From NCBI RefSeq assembly GCF_000143415.4, contig NW_003314270.1:2759668-2823667 (forward strand): a DNA stretch of 64,000 bases, given 5' to 3'. This DNA is from Selaginella moellendorffii (taxonomy: Eukaryota > Plantae > Lycopodiophyta). Positions 1 to 13,373 of the stretch are shown here, one piece after another (the first letter of the stretch is position 1; each line of letters opens with the position of its first letter). Position numbers and translations under genes: made by a program. The notes below the pieces were generated by a model that was given only the letters and a program-made list of their open reading frames with translations, was not told the DNA's origin and ran no database searches.

Positions 1-5
1 GCTGA

Positions 6-77
6 GGGGGTGTAGCTCAGATGGTAGAGCAATTGATTCACATGTGATAGGTAAGGGGATCGATGCCCTCACTTCCA
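6..77 (+). pseudogene. tRNA-Ala-derived pseudogene (anticodon now reads CAC)
   Basis: GGGGGTGTAGCTCAGATGGTAGAGC...GGGGATCGATGCCCTCACTTCCA is a plant tRNA-Ala body with G3:U70. The anticodon stem is mismatched (ATTGA/GTGAT) and the T-stem is one base short. A T-run (Pol III terminator) follows from 78. Confidence 0.8.
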
Positions 78-166
78 TTTTTTTTGTCATGGTTGAAAAG
101 ATAAAATCGGAAAATGCCGGATCAAAAGCATTTCTCCTCTCTATTATCTTCACTTAAATTTGGAAG

Positions 167-239
167 TGGAGGAGAGGGGCATCGATCCCCTCACCTATCG
201 CATGCAAAGCGATCGCTCTACCATCTGAGCTACGCCCAA
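167..239 (-). tRNA. tRNA-Ala(TGC), probably pseudogene (acceptor stem has 3 mismatches)
   Basis: Reverse complement: TTGGGCG TA GCTC AGATGGTA GAGC G ATCGC TT TGC AT GCGAT AGGTG AGGGG ATCGATG CCCCT CTCCTCC A. D, anticodon and T arms are intact; positions 1, 2 and 6 are unpaired. Confidence 0.8.
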
Positions 240-605
240 GAAATTTGAGTCCACTCTTTTAAGGTCCAACGAATTTGTTCAATAGCATCATCGACCACGA
301 AGATCTCCCACAAGATCTGGCCAGCAAGAGCAAGTTACTTTTGGATTTTAATCAAATCCCAGCTCTCATCCAGTCCATAATGTTAGAATCGACGATCATA
401 TTTCTTGCAGTTGGTCCTACCATTCATTCGAGAAAATCAAAGATGAGGAATAAGGAATATTTGACTATTCTTAATAGTTAGAATTCGTTAACGATGGTTA
501 AGATTTAGGGCTTGCGAGGAGCAAGCCATCGCAGGAAATGTAAGCGCCTATCACTGTTTCCGATCGATCGCGAGCGAAATCTCTCCTCTTCTAACTCTAC
601 TGCAG

Positions 606-1758
606 ATGGAGGCGATGCTGAAAATCGTCCTGGCGATGCTTGTGGCGGCTCTCGTCGCCGCGCGGGGACTTGTGAAGAAATCCCTCTCGCCATCGGGAGC
701 TGTGGCGGGTTTCGTGGTGCTATCGCTGTCCATGGCCTCGGGAATCCGGTAGAAATCTTGTCCTGGTTGTGTGGGAATTCTTTTCTGTGCTTCTTTGTTC
801 TTGGACTGTTGTGTGTTGAAATTCTTTTTTTGATTTTCAAGGTTTGGAGCTCTCGTCCTGGCGTTTTACTTGAGTTCCTCGTTCCTCACGAAGTATAAGT
901 CCGATGAAAAACGAGGCGTGGACGACGATTTCAAGGAGGGTGGCCAACGAGACTGGTAAGTTTGTAGATTTTGCCCAAGTTTTTCCTACTTTGTGAGTTT
1001 GTTCTTGTAGAGAGTGTTGAATAAATTCTTTTCGTAGGCTCCAGGTTCTTGCCAACAGTGCGGGTGGAACTTTGCTATCGCTCGCTGTGGCATATTATAC
1101 TGGCTGGGAAGACAAGTGTATGGATTCCAAGGGGGATGCTCTTGTCACTGGCCTTCTCGGAGGAATTCTCGGCTACTATGCTTGCTGCGCGGGAGATACT
1201 TGGTCGTCCGAGGTTGGAGTCCTTAGCAAAAGCCAACCACGCTTGATCACGACAATGCAGGCAAGCAAAGGAAAAACTTCGAGAGTGAATTCTTTGAAAC
1301 TTTATCTTTGTCTTTCAGGTGGTACCTCGAGGTACCAACGGTGGAGTTACACTGCTGGGAACTGCTGCTGCTGCTGTTGGAGGAGCTTTCATCGGTCTGG
1401 TTTACGTTCTAACAGGGATGCTCACGACTCCATGTCGAGGAAGCACGATGCTTCGCCAGTGGGAGGCTTTGCCGCTTGGATGCCTCGCAGGATTCATTGG
1501 TAGCTTAATGGATTCGCTGCTTGGAGCAACCGTCCAGTTCTCTGGAATGTGCAAAGTGAGAAAGAAGGCAAGTTTCTTGAAAGCTTTTTGCTAGTTCTCT
1601 TGTTTACAATCTCTGCCGTGGAACAGGTTGTGGGAAAACCAGGGCCGACTGTAAAACGAATTACGGGAGAGGATTTTCTGAGCAATAACGGTGTGAATTT
1701 CGCCTCCGCGTTGCTTACTTCTTTGGTAACTGCTGCGATTAGCCTTCTCGTCTTCTAA
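606..1758 (+). CDS. PGR: TMEM19/DUF92 integral membrane protein (PGR-like), 5 exons
   Basis: Spliced product MEAMLKIVLAML...KKSLSPSGA...FKEGGQRDW...YACCAGDTWSSEVG...VPRGTNGGVT...GSLMDSLLGATVQFSG...LSNNGVNF carries the DUF92 motifs. Introns 3 and 4 (1261-1318, 1568-1626) are GC-AG. Confidence 0.9.
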
Positions 1759-3299
1759 GAAGTCGGTTGGGCTTTCGGTGGCTAAATAACAAGATAACCT
1801 TTTAACAAACTCTCGAGAGAAGAGAGAAGAAGAGAAGGTTGACGTGTCTGACATGAATCTCTCCAGCACGGCAATCCAAGCGACAGGTACTTTATTTATT
1901 TTTTATATGCTTCACTTTAAACGTTTCTCGAGGACTAATATACCAAAATTCTACTGTGGAGGGGAGCTCTTCCACTGCAGACGTATCCTTGAGAGTCCCT
2001 CGTGAATTCCTTCTCTTTAAAAAACTTTCCTTCTCATCCGTCTAGAGCAGACAACAAGATAGTTGGGACGATGAAAGCCGGTCAGATATTTACAATTTGG
2101 CTGATGATGATCAATAAAGGTATGTAACTTCGCTTTGTGTTTTACTAGATTTTTAACTTCTCAGTTACTAAAAATTGATGTTTCTCCAGAAAGTATCCAT
2201 CAACAAAATACATACCATCCTCCCGATAAACTGTTGACAAATTTTTTAGCATGAAACGTTTACAATGCTGATAATATACTTGCAAATAACACCCCCTTAG
2301 ATTGTTTGCAATATAGGAAGTTTGTCATTATTTAAAAGAGGTTCTGAATTACTTTAGGAGACAAAGTATTAGATATCAACAAAGGTGAATTTTGATGTTT
2401 ACCTTCAACTTAGTACATGCTCTTGAATGTCAAACAAGTCAATCTTCATTTCCCAACACATACCCTGGAATAATAATGGTTGTTGCTTTTTTTCTACACA
2501 TACAGTGATCTGGTGAGAAGTTAATGTTAGACATGTATCCTGATAAATAGATAGATACAATATCTAAATATATAAGTAGACAGATAGACATACTTGAGAA
2601 ATACTGGCCACAGTTTAAGATTATGAAATTTCATAAAAATTTCAAGTTTAAAATTATAAAATTTTAATAGCAAGTGCAAAAAGAGCATGGACACAAATAT
2701 AAAATTGAAATATTGGAAGATTATTAAAACACTACAGGATTGATAAATAAATTATTACCTACACCCTTAGTGCTCCAGTTTTATATTTTTCTCTGGACAT
2801 TTGGAGTGAACTGAGTAACAGCAACTTCAATCATGAAGAGGACACATTTATCATTTCCTTAAAAACCATATTAAAAATTAAATAGAAGTTACTCTTACCA
2901 TAGTTTATGACAATAAGATCTCCAACTTGACTTTTCTTAGAAAGATCTACCATGTTGTCTATTGTTCTATTTGGGCCAGTAGTAATAATTTGATGAGTCA
3001 CATTGTGTTCCTTCCTTGTAAGATAAAAAATTTACTTTGAAAAAAATTATAAAACAAAAAAAGAACTTAAAGGATCATCGAGATATAAGATATCTTTAAA
3101 CTCAAAGCAATATTGATATGGCACCTCATGCAAAAAATCAACATACTCTTCCATAGTATAGTGTTATGAGATTATGTATTTGTATATTCCCTTTATATGT
3201 ATATGGTTCCAAAATTTTCTAAGCAAGCTCTGCATTATACATAATAAATTACATTAACTTTTATATTAATTACTAATTACCTTGGTTTTAGTAGACTTT

Positions 3300-3410
3300 G
3301 GAGCTCTTATTGAGCTTGTGCTGGAGCAAGGGGGCCATGACACTAACACCCATCTTGGCAATCTCCTCTTCCAGATGTATGGTAGTTGCGGATTGCTGCG
3401 AAAGGCCATC
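3300..3410 (+). pseudogene. PPR protein fragment
   Basis: GHDTNTHLGNLLFQMYGSCG resembles the PLS-class PPR motif (GNLLIQMYGKCG). No flanking motifs are in frame. Confidence 0.55.
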
Positions 3411-3469
3411 AAAGTCTTCCTGTGGTTCAGTGCCTACTTGTGGACCAATTGTCTTCTTAGTTCACATTG

Positions 3470-3924
3470 TTTCAATGCTGTTGCAGTAAAATCTCATGAG
3501 GAACTCAATGTCTTGCATTCAACTAACTTAAATTGGATACATATCAGAAAAGTGAAGCAATGATCGACAATTCTAAGCAACCAAAGCTCCTTACCCGCTA
3601 GGAAGCCAAGAAGCGTTTACTCCTACAAGCAAAAGAAGTAAGGTTTTGATTCATGAGAGAGAGAGAGAGAAAGTAATTTGAAGGGCCCTGGCATCAAGTG
3701 GTGTATGTGCATATGTACTATAAGAGCAGTGAGTCTGATTGTTGTTTTCTCAGTGCTGTTACAATAAAATCTCGTGAGGAATTTGCTCCATGCCTTGCTT
3801 TTGACAGCTTGAATTGGATACATACCACAGAAGTGTAGCACAGAGCTAAGCAACTGAAGCTCCTTGCCCCTAGGAAGGAGGGAGCGCTTACTCCTACAAG
3901 CAAAAGATATAAGTTCTTGATTCC

Positions 3925-3966
<42 letters not shown>

Positions 3967-4015
3967 AAAGGCCCGGACATCAAGGTGGTATGTACTTACT
4001 ATAAGAGCAGTGTGT
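3470..4015. repeat. Diverged ~280-bp tandem duplication, each unit with a (GA)n tract; (GA)18 at 3927-3962
   Basis: Units at ~3473-3735 and ~3751-4012 share tgctgtt.ca.taaaatctc.tgaggaa, aattggatacata, aagctcctt.ccc, tactcctacaagcaaaaga and ctataagagcagtg. Confidence 0.75.
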
Positions 4016-4399
4016 TTGACTGCCATTGCCCACATCCAACCTGGGAAATTTAAAAGTTGTAGTGCTAAAATCCTAGTGAAATTGCATAAAGATTATAGGA
4101 GAATGAAAAGAAAGTAACACATACTAAAAAGTACAGCACATTAGTCAATTGATCACCATCACCAATTCTTCAATCTCATTTTATGGCAAGCTAGAGAACA
4201 CTTACAGTGCACCATTGCCACCGATCACATGTCACTATAACAGATTGTCATCCTTAAGATCAATATTGCCCCTTTATATAAACTCTATTAAATGTCCCAA
4301 GGGAAGATATCTAGAGCAATTGCTTGGCCATTTTATAAGATTATGAGATATTTAACATTGCTTTTCAGCAGAACTCAACTTCCCTTTGATGAGTCGAGG

Positions 4400-5480
4400 A
4401 GTACTAGAAATATCCATTGGGACCGGAGTAGTAGGTTCAGGAGTATGCCCCGAAGACTCAAGTTGAGATTCCTAAGTCTGGGACGGGAAAACGGCGGTGC
4501 GGTGATTTTCCTGACGACGTTCAAAGAGACGATTGTCGCATCGAACAACTTTGTTGATGGCATCCGACAGGTCCGTGGGATCCTCTATAGTGAGCAACAA
4601 ATCCTTGACACCTTTGTTGAGGCCGAAACGAAATTGATCAATCAAGGCCCGCTCATCCCACTGAGTGTCCAAAGCAAGGAGTTGGAACTCTACAGCATAG
4701 ATTGAGGCAGGACGAGACCCTTGAGAGAGACGTTTCATCTTTGTAGTGGTAGTCCGAACCCGATCCATCTTGCCAAAACATGCTTTGAGCTTCTCTTTGA
4801 ACAACTGAAGATCCATCAGCACGACCTCTTTCATGCTCTTCTCTAGGAGAGGAGAAAACCATAACAAAGTTGCACCTTCAAGCAACATCCCGATAGCACC
4901 GATTTGAGACTCGGGAGTGGGGTACCGCCAATGTTGAAGTGCGAAGATCAGCTCCATCTAATTCAAGAATCCATGAAGCTTTGAACGCTTGCCTAAAAAT
5001 TTCACTGGGAAACTCACCTTCGGTTCAGGAACTTTGCTGGATCCTTGAGCTGAAAGTGAAGCAAGCTCCTGCTGGCGAAGAAGGGTCACCTTCAACTTCG
5101 TATTCTCAGATTAGATTTTTGCAAGGACTTCGGCAAAGAAATCAAAATGGCTTGGAAACTCCATTGGCAAAGAAGAAAGAAAAAAGGGGGAAAAAGGCAA
5201 AGGCAATCAAACAATCAAAACAAGCTAAATCAAAAATGAAAAAACATAATCTGAATCAAACTGTCAAGACCCCCAACAAGATCAAGACTAGAAAATGTAG
5301 AAGACAAAGAGAAAAGTTAGTGGAAACGAAAAAAAGGCCTTACACTAGCGTTAATTTAGATTGTGGATAAATGGAACAAGGCTAACCTATATATACTATA
5401 AGTTGATGAAGCTCCACCACTCTTGGATCGAAGACGGCCTAAATATAATTGAGGTCAAGGAGGCACCATGTCATCATCAG
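4400..5480 (-). mobile_element. Ty3/gypsy remnant: gag fragment plus probable 5' LTR end
   Basis: ORF 4472-4957 (LLEGATLLWF...LSQGSRPASIYAVEFQLLA...WDERALIDQFRFGL) matches the retrotransposon gag domain. A ...cttgaca terminus lies at 5262 on the minus strand. Outer limits are uncertain. Confidence 0.75.
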
Positions 5481-6959
5481 AAATGTGGCTCGAGATTCAA
5501 GAGTCATACGGGAAATCAGAAAGTTAAAAATAGGAAGTGTCTTGAGAGTCAGGAATGTGGTCTGTAAGTCAGGAATTCAGCAAGAGTCAAGAATGTGGCA
5601 AGAATTGGGGAATTCAAGAATTCGGCAAGAGTCAGGAATGTGGCAAGAATTAGGGGATTCCTAATAGAATGCATGTGGGCCTGCATACTTGTATGTCTTG
5701 CTACTATAATATAGTTTATATTTCCCTGTAATCTATTTTTTTTCTAGAAAGTTGGCATAAGTGTAAAAAAGAATATATATGTAATGGAGTAGATGGTCAT
5801 TAGAATGATAAATATTCTAGCATGTGTATCTTGAATTCTAGAAGCTCTTCTATTCACAACTAGACTAGGATTTTGAAATCTCATTTCTAAGATTGACATT
5901 TCAAGAATCTGAGTATTATTAGTGTCATAATAAATAAACCTCATTCCCAAGACTAAAATTTAATATATAAATTGTCAAGAAAAGTTAGTTATTATAATAT
6001 TTTTGTTATCTTTATGCTCTTTAGAAAACTAAAAAGTTTAATATAGAAATGGCTCAAAGGAAAGTCACTATTACTCATATTTGGGTCTCTAGCATCTCAT
6101 ATCACTCTCCACCTCTATTCCCAAGTTCTAGTAATATTCCACCTTCACCTCTACCATAACTATATTACAATCCTCTTTCTATTGATGGCTTTTATAAAGT
6201 TAAACTAATATAAAATTTTAAATATTGTTATTACCTCAAACACTTCAAGAGCAATGCTACATATTTTTGCAAGATCTTGCTTTTGGTATAACAAAACTGC
6301 TTAAAAACACAAAATCCTATTATATTCAATGTCTATTATGCTAGTTTTTTTTTGATACAACAAATGTTTTTATGGGTCTACAAACTTTTCTTGAGCACTA
6401 TAGCAATTGCCTAATAATGGGTTTAAAAAGTATACATATATAATAAATTTAAAAACAAGTTATAGACCCATACCCACTATTGCTGCATAGTGAGGAATAA
6501 CATCCCCTTAGAAAGCATTGCATTAGCTAGTGCAAAATATAGGTTTTTTCAGGATATTTTACAATGAAGTGTAAGATTTAGTGCCTTTAAAAGAATATAT
6601 ATATAAGGAAATGATATTAGTTATAGGGAGCATACTCACTTCAGTGTAAATCCTTGGTTCGACGATCACACTCACGACTGTCTATCACCAAGACCGATCA
6701 AGGGTGGCCAGTGGAGCTCTACGCCAGAAGCTCCAGACTAGGAACGTTTCAGAAACTTGCGTACATGGATCTCTCATACTCTATCGATCGCGACGATTTC
6801 ATCACAGAATATCGATCGCGACCCCAAGAACAAGAATTCTGGAAATCCAGCGCGTCCCAGGCCGTCGCCAGCACATCGCGGGCTTTTATGCAATTTTCCC
6901 TTGGCCTTTAAAAAGTTCTTGGTTTGGAACAAGAGCCAAGCAAAAACCAAACTAGGATT

Positions 6960-7570
6960 TCAAAAGTAGATGTCCGTGCACGAATCCATATGCTCCACGA
7001 AGCCCTCAAGATCAATCTCAAAAGCAGTTCCCTACCTCTCCAGAACAAAATCTTCCAGAGCAGGATGCTTGAACACCTCTTCAGCGGGGAAAGCCATCTT
7101 GAACCTCCTTTGCCCCATGACCGGCAGCCCACAAAAAACTTGTAGCTCCCCTTTCGAGCCATCTCGTCGTACTCGAGAGAAAACGCAAACACCAGATTCA
7201 CAGACTCAAGCGCGAGAGAATCCAGCAAGTTCATTGTCCTCGTTGGTGAACGCAACTTCTCCCACAAACCCGTCGCTGCTCTTGGCTCCTCTCGGTTACA
7301 GCGCAAAATCCACCTTCTTGATCACGCCGGAGGAAAGGATCAAATGAGGGAACTCAAAACATACCCTCCTCATGCCGGTCTCGGGTATGAGGGTGGCCGC
7401 CATCCACGTCCGAGCTTGGCTATGGAAATCCCCGCGCACCAACAAGCTGCCATTCTCGTATTGCACGCCATACCTCGTGATCTCTTCGTAGTTTAGCAGC
7501 GCCTTGGCTTCCTCCTCGGTCACGCCATCGCACACAAGAAACGAAGCCTCTCTGGCGAGTAACATCATCG
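6960..7570 (-). pseudogene. Uma2-like PD-(D/E)XK restriction-endonuclease-fold protein relic
   Basis: Joined frames read YENGSLLVRGDFHSQ...IKKVDFAL*PRG...FVGEVAFTNE / SVNLVFAFSL / MAFPAEEVF...FEIDLEGF. The H, D..P and EVA spacing matches Uma2-type nucleases. Contains stops and two frameshifts. Confidence 0.5.
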
Positions 7571-9839
7571 AGCACGAGCTTAAACTTACTCTAACCCTAA
7601 TATTGGTTGTGAAGTTTAGGAATTTCACCCTTTCTTCAAATTTGATTAACTTTGATTCTTTAGTTTGAATTTTCTCTTTTTTGTTAATTTTTTGTTGAAG
7701 CTTGTTTTCTCTTGATCTTGTGCATTTTTATTATTGAATCTTAATGGATTGTGATGCTTGTAGATTCTTGATTCATTAAACTTGGAGTTTAAAAATTTTC
7801 TTTGAATTAAGTTTTTGAGCAGGAAAACTTAGGCTGACGTGTTTGACAAAAGGTGCCACGTGTTCCCCAACACGGGCCTGCCCGGCAAGTGCTTGTGGCT
7901 GAGAGCGCGTGCCACATGCCCTTTTTAACTTCTTCCAGAGCTCTACAAATTTCTCGTTTCGATCGATCAAAGTGAAGTCCAGAGTAATGGCTGCAACGCA
8001 GAGATTTGGCTTCAACTCTTCCCCAGTGGGGGCTGTCGAGGTAAGAATGAGTGAAAAGAATTTTCCAGAACAACTCTCTTGCACAGAACTTTAGAGCCGA
8101 ATCCTCGAGGCGATGGAGTAGATTAACAGCCAGGGCCTCTGGAAGTGATCCGAGCGATCAAAGTGATTCAACAAGCGATGGAAGTGAGTGAAATTCCTCT
8201 TGTTTTTCCTTCTCTGATCACAGCACGGCGTTGGATTGATTTCTCGCAGAGGAAAGTAGCACAGGCACCGACTGGGACAAGGCTTGGTCGAGCTACAAAA
8301 CGGAAACTCGAAGAAAGCCTCTGTTTAACTTCAACATGGAGCAGTACGTTTCTCGGAAACCAATTCACAGGAACTTTTCTGTCACCGAGGAAGTGGACGA
8401 GTTTCGCAAGAGCGAGAGAGCAACGCTGGATGCCTGGACGGATCCAAAGTTCACATACGCGGGCTTCAGCGTGATCGTCTGCTTGTTTGTCTACATGGTG
8501 ATCAACACTCCACACGCATAGAGAAGAAAGAAGCAAAGAAGAAAGAACTCACGACTTATTTGAAAAATTGCTAGCAGCGCGATGTACAGAAATTAAATGA
8601 TGAATGGTCATTGGTTCTCGTTGTTTATTTTCTTGAGCTCGCTCATGTTCGTGGTCTCGACGCTGTGACACACGCAAGGAACAGCGTTAGAACACGCAAG
8701 AAGTGGCTAGTTTCGAATTGCTTTCTTACGTGCTTCCTATCAGTGAAATCCTTTGCAGCTTGGTCACTTCTCCACCGCTCTGGTTGTCTTCAATAAAGAC
8801 TGTCACGCTACACTTCATCCAAATTAGCGGATTGGACACGAAAGCTCGATGCGTACTCTACCTTCGAACGTTTTGGAATTTCACGTACTTGAGCAGCACT
8901 GGCTTTCCCTGTTTCAAGAGATCGAGTGTCAAAAGGACAACTTCGCAAGAACAAACAACATACCTTTAAATGCTCAGGGGTCAGAGTGATCACATCGTTT
9001 GGAGGAAAATCCCCAACATTACTGAAAGAATGCAAAGACAAATCAATCCATGATACGAGAGAAAACGATAGCCTCGTACCTGAAACCCATGTTTTGGCGA
9101 TTGGCAAAGAGCCTGACCGTCTTTGGTCCTGGCAAAACACAAAAAAGTTGAGTTTCGTTACAAAAGAAAAATCTACCGCGCTATACCTTCGTCGGCAGGG
9201 GCTTTGATCATCACCGAATGGAGCTTCACGACCTGATTGAAAGGAATGTAGAGCAGCAGCTGCTCGTCGGTATCACTCTCGAGATACAATTCGTCGTCCT
9301 CTCTGTATGCCTGAATTGTTACTAGAACTTAAAATCACTGCCAGACAAAGAATGGAAAAGGAAATCCCTGTCGCTGACCTTCTTGAGCGCGTTCGCGTGC
9401 GTGTGATTTGCGCTCTCGTTTAGGCATTCTACCATGGACCAGTCCACGAATTCCACGAGATCCGCCTAAAACACCAGAGAAAATCCCCAGAAATCCCATC
9501 AAACGATCAAAATCTCACTTACAGGCCCGGCGATCGTCGAAGGAACTGGCGTCGCGGCTACGCTCACTGCTGCCGCCATGGATTCGCTCCTCTACCCAAA
9601 CCCTAAATGTCGAATCTAGAGAATCAACGCTCTACATTGTTGTAGTGATGTCAGCCGTTGATCCTAGACCCACGTGGAAATCATTCTCCTTCGTCATGAG
9701 TAGGGTTTTGCTGTCTATTCTTTTGCGATTTCAATCAAGCCGATGCGCTCCTGAAATCGCGAAGATCGGAGCTGCGGCATCGATCTGCTGAGGAGAATCG
9801 GCGTGATTCGTAGGAGTTTCCAACCCTAGGCGCTCCAGG

Positions 9840-12354
9840 ATGAGTCGCGGCCGCGGAAGAGTGCTTCCAGCCCTCGCAATTGCGGTCTTGATCTTCACGA
9901 CGTCGTGCTGGGGGAAATTTCTAGTGGAGAAGAATAGCATCAGCATTACCACGCCTGACAGCATCAAAGGTACATACGATAGTGCCATAGGGAATTTTGG
10001 CGTGCCGCAGTATGGGGGTAGTATGGTCGGAAATGTAGTCTATCCAGAGAAGGGCGCCACGGCATGCCGGAATTTCTCGGAGTTTGGCATCACTTTCAAA
10101 GGCCTCAAGAGTGGAGGCCTTCCCACAGTTTTGCTCGTGGATAGAGGAGGTAAGAAAAATTGATTCTTTTGTTTGGGTAGTGGATGAAGTTCATTTCCTT
10201 TTCTTCTTCCAGATTGCTACTTTGCATTGAAAGTATGGCACGCTCAGCTCGCGGGAGCTGCTGCTGTTCTTGTAGCGGACGACAAAACTGAGCCACTGAT
10301 CACTATGGATTCTCCGGAGGAAGATAACGTTTCCGCGGAGTACGTCCAAAACATAACTATACCCTCTGCATTGGTGGAGAAATCGTTCGGGGACAAGCTC
10401 AAGGCAGCTCTCCAAGCGAAGGACATGGTGAACATCAATCTCGACTGGCGAGAGTCATTGCCTCATCCAGACGACCGCGTGGAGTACGAGTTTTGGACGA
10501 ACAGCAATGACGAGTGTGGACCGAAGTGTGAGGCGCAGCGGGAGTTTGTCAAGAACTTTAAAGGCGCCGCGCAGATTCTCGAGCAGGGGGGATACACGCA
10601 GTTTACTCCTCACTACATCACATGGTACTGCCCCGACGCGTTTATACTCAGCAAGCAGTGCAAGTCTCAGTGCATCAACCATGGCCGCTACTGTGCTCCT
10701 GATCCGGAACAAGACTTCAATCATGGGTACGATGGAAAGGATGTGGTGGTCGAGAATTTGAGGCAGCTTTGCGTTCACAAAGTCGCCACTGAGATGAAGC
10801 GTTCGTGGGTGTGGTGGGACTACGTGACCGACTTTCAGATCAGGTGTCCGATGAAGGATAAGAAGTATAACAAGGATTGTGCCGAGGAAGTCTTGAAGTC
10901 GTTGCGTAAGTTTTTTGCATACATTTTCCTTTTCGCGGCTCACTTACATGAGTTTCATTTCAGGCTTGCCGATTGATAAAGTGCAGAAATGCATGGGAAA
11001 CCCTGAGGCTGATTCAGAGAATACAGTGTTGAAGGAAGAACAAGATGCGCAGGTAAGAGGCTTAATTTTATGATCCGAGGATCCCTATGGAAATTTTTTA
11101 CTCAGGTGGGACATGGTAGCCGCAGTGATGTTACAATTCTTCCTACATTGATCATCAATAATAGGCAGTATAGAGGGAAGCTAGACAAAGGAGCGGTGCT
11201 GAAAGCAGTGTGTGCTGGCTTTCAAGAGACTACCGAGCCGGCTGTCTGCCTAAGTGAAGGTATGGTGTTATTGTTGATGCGATGGTTAGCCTGAAAACTA
11301 ACTTAACGAGCTACACAGGAATGGAAACGAATGAGTGTTTGACGAACAATGGGGGGTGTTGGGAAAATAAAAAAGCCAATGTCACTGCATGCAAGGTAGG
11401 TTCTGCTTCCAGTTCTATGGACCACTGAATCGTCTCTGTTGTGGTGCAGGATACCTTCCGGGGCCGAGTTTGTGAGTGCCCCGTGGTGCAAGGTGTGCAG
11501 TTCGACGGAGATGGTTATAGCCACTGCGAAGGTGCGTAGCTCAAGCCGAGAGCCCAACTTAACTGACACTGATTTCGCTCGCAGCTGTTGCCTCTTTACG
11601 GTGCAAGATCGACAATGGCGGTTGCTGGCACGACACGCGCGATGGTGTGCGTCACTCGGCCTGTCAGGTGTTAGAATACTCTCTCCGACGAGAGAGTTTC
11701 CGTTTTTCTTGTCTGACCGCTTTGGCATCGTCTCGTTTCAGGAAACGCATACAAAAGGTTGCGAGTGCCCCGCCGGTTTCAGGGGCGACGGAGTGAACCA
11801 GTGCGAGGGTGAGACAAAGGCATCTTGTCTTGCACTTCGTTGCCAGCGCTTTGGCCAACCTTCAAAGTACTAACGTGTTTGTTATATGCTTTTCTAGATG
11901 TCGATGAATGCAAGAGCAAGCTCGCCTGTCAGTGTAAGGAATGCCACTGCAAGAACACATGGGGGAGTTATGACTGCCAGTGCGACGGAAATCTCCTCTA
12001 CATCAAAGAGCACGACACTTGCATCAGTGAGTCAAATCCCTTCCCAAATCTCTCCTCCTTGTTTTGGCTCATCCCTGTCCTCTTCCCAGGTAAAATAAGT
12101 GTTACGAGAGTAGGATGGTCAGCAACATTCTTTATTCTGGCGGGCTTGGCCGTTGTTGGAGCTGTTGGCTACGTTATTTACAAGTATAGAATCCGGGTAC
12201 GTGATCTCTCTGGCATTCATTCCGGTTGGTATTGAGCTGTGTGGCTGCTGGTTGGCAGTCTTATATGGATTCGGAGATTAGAGCGATCATGGCGCAGTAC
12301 ATGCCTCTGGACAGCCAGAACGAAGTCCACCGCCACCTCGAGGAGGAAGCGTAG
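9840..12354 (+). CDS. VSR: Vacuolar sorting receptor (BP-80/VSR family), multi-exon
   Basis: Signal peptide, [24 protein letters not shown] domain, [17 protein letters not shown], three EGF repeats, TM helix and cytosolic [19 protein letters not shown] tail. Introns are GT-AG. Confidence 0.97.
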
Positions 12355-13373
12355 TGATTGATTGGGTGTAAGTCGATCGTTCGTTCGTTTGTTGATGCCA
12401 TTTCTCCGTGTGTAACTTTAGAGGCTGTCCCTTTGTTTTTTTCCCAGAACACTTGCGCTGCATTGTAAACCTGGAGAGATCAGGCCCCGTCTCTTCGCTC
12501 GCTTTCTCCGTTTTGTATTTCCACTTCGCTCTTGTAGGTAGGCATTGTACATAGTACCAGAATGAAAAAAAAAAAAGAGAAAACTTTAGGAGTACGCAGA
12601 GCTGGATGGACAATCGACTGGAAAGATAAAATATAAAAACATTGTAAAGACCTTACAACTTTGTCGCTGTTAATTCTATAACGGAGTGGCTGGCTGGCTG
12701 GCTTGTACGCTTTCCCTGCCTCGAAAGAACACAGAAAACCATGAGAAGGATTACAAAAAGAGCTTTGACCGTGATTCTGTGACTCTGACTCCCTCACCGA
12801 GTAGTCCAATTCGCAGTGATCCAAATCGTTCGGATGGTCGTTTTCTTTTCTCTCATCTGTGCAGGCTTTAAGGATCCAGACAAAATTTGCTGCAGGCGGG
12901 GGGCCTCCGCGTGGTCCATAGCTTTGTGTTTGCCACACCAACCCAAAGTAGAATATCTCCTGGGGAGAGAAAAAGAAGAATTTATAGAGATCGATCGATC
13001 GATCCCCTTTTGCTTCCAAGCAAAGTGTTCTTCCTTCTTTGCCTCCCTGTGCGAGCTGAGCTTGCTAGCTTTAATATAGATTTCACGATACCTTCTCCTG
13101 ATTCGTCCCGAAAAACTATAGACTTTGCGCACCCATCCCCCTGCAATGATGGTGTGAGAGCTCTTAAAACCATAGCAACGAACCAAACTAGCAAGAAAGA
13201 AAAAGAATTCTTCTTCTCTTCTCGAGAGAAGAAAGAAGGAATGGTGGTCGCGGGACTTACTTGTCACGACGACAATGAGTTTAAATTCGAGCTCCTATCC
13301 TCCTGGAACAATCAATGGGCCGAGAAATCGTGAGAGGGGAAGCTCGAGAGAGAAATTCAATCGAGAAGGTCAC

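Noticed and set aside
6-77. Functional tRNA-Val(CAC)
   Set aside because: The body is tRNA-Ala, the anticodon and T stems are disrupted, and CpG decay explains the anticodon.
1800-2200. Exon-like pieces with GT/AG borders downstream of PGR
   Set aside because: No start codon or recognisable product; possibly spliced 3' UTR or debris.
7776-9400. Several short ORFs, one ending in a hydrophobic tail
   Set aside because: They look like gene debris with frameshifts; I could not assign a family or a consistent splice model.
9595-9830. AAACCCTA motifs as a telomerase RNA template or telomere relic
   Set aside because: They are isolated telo-box-like motifs in the VSR promoter region, with no array and no clear USE-TATA promoter.
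12860-12900. GFKDPDKICC resembling a GDSL lipase motif
   Set aside because: An isolated 10-aa similarity with no other GDSL blocks.
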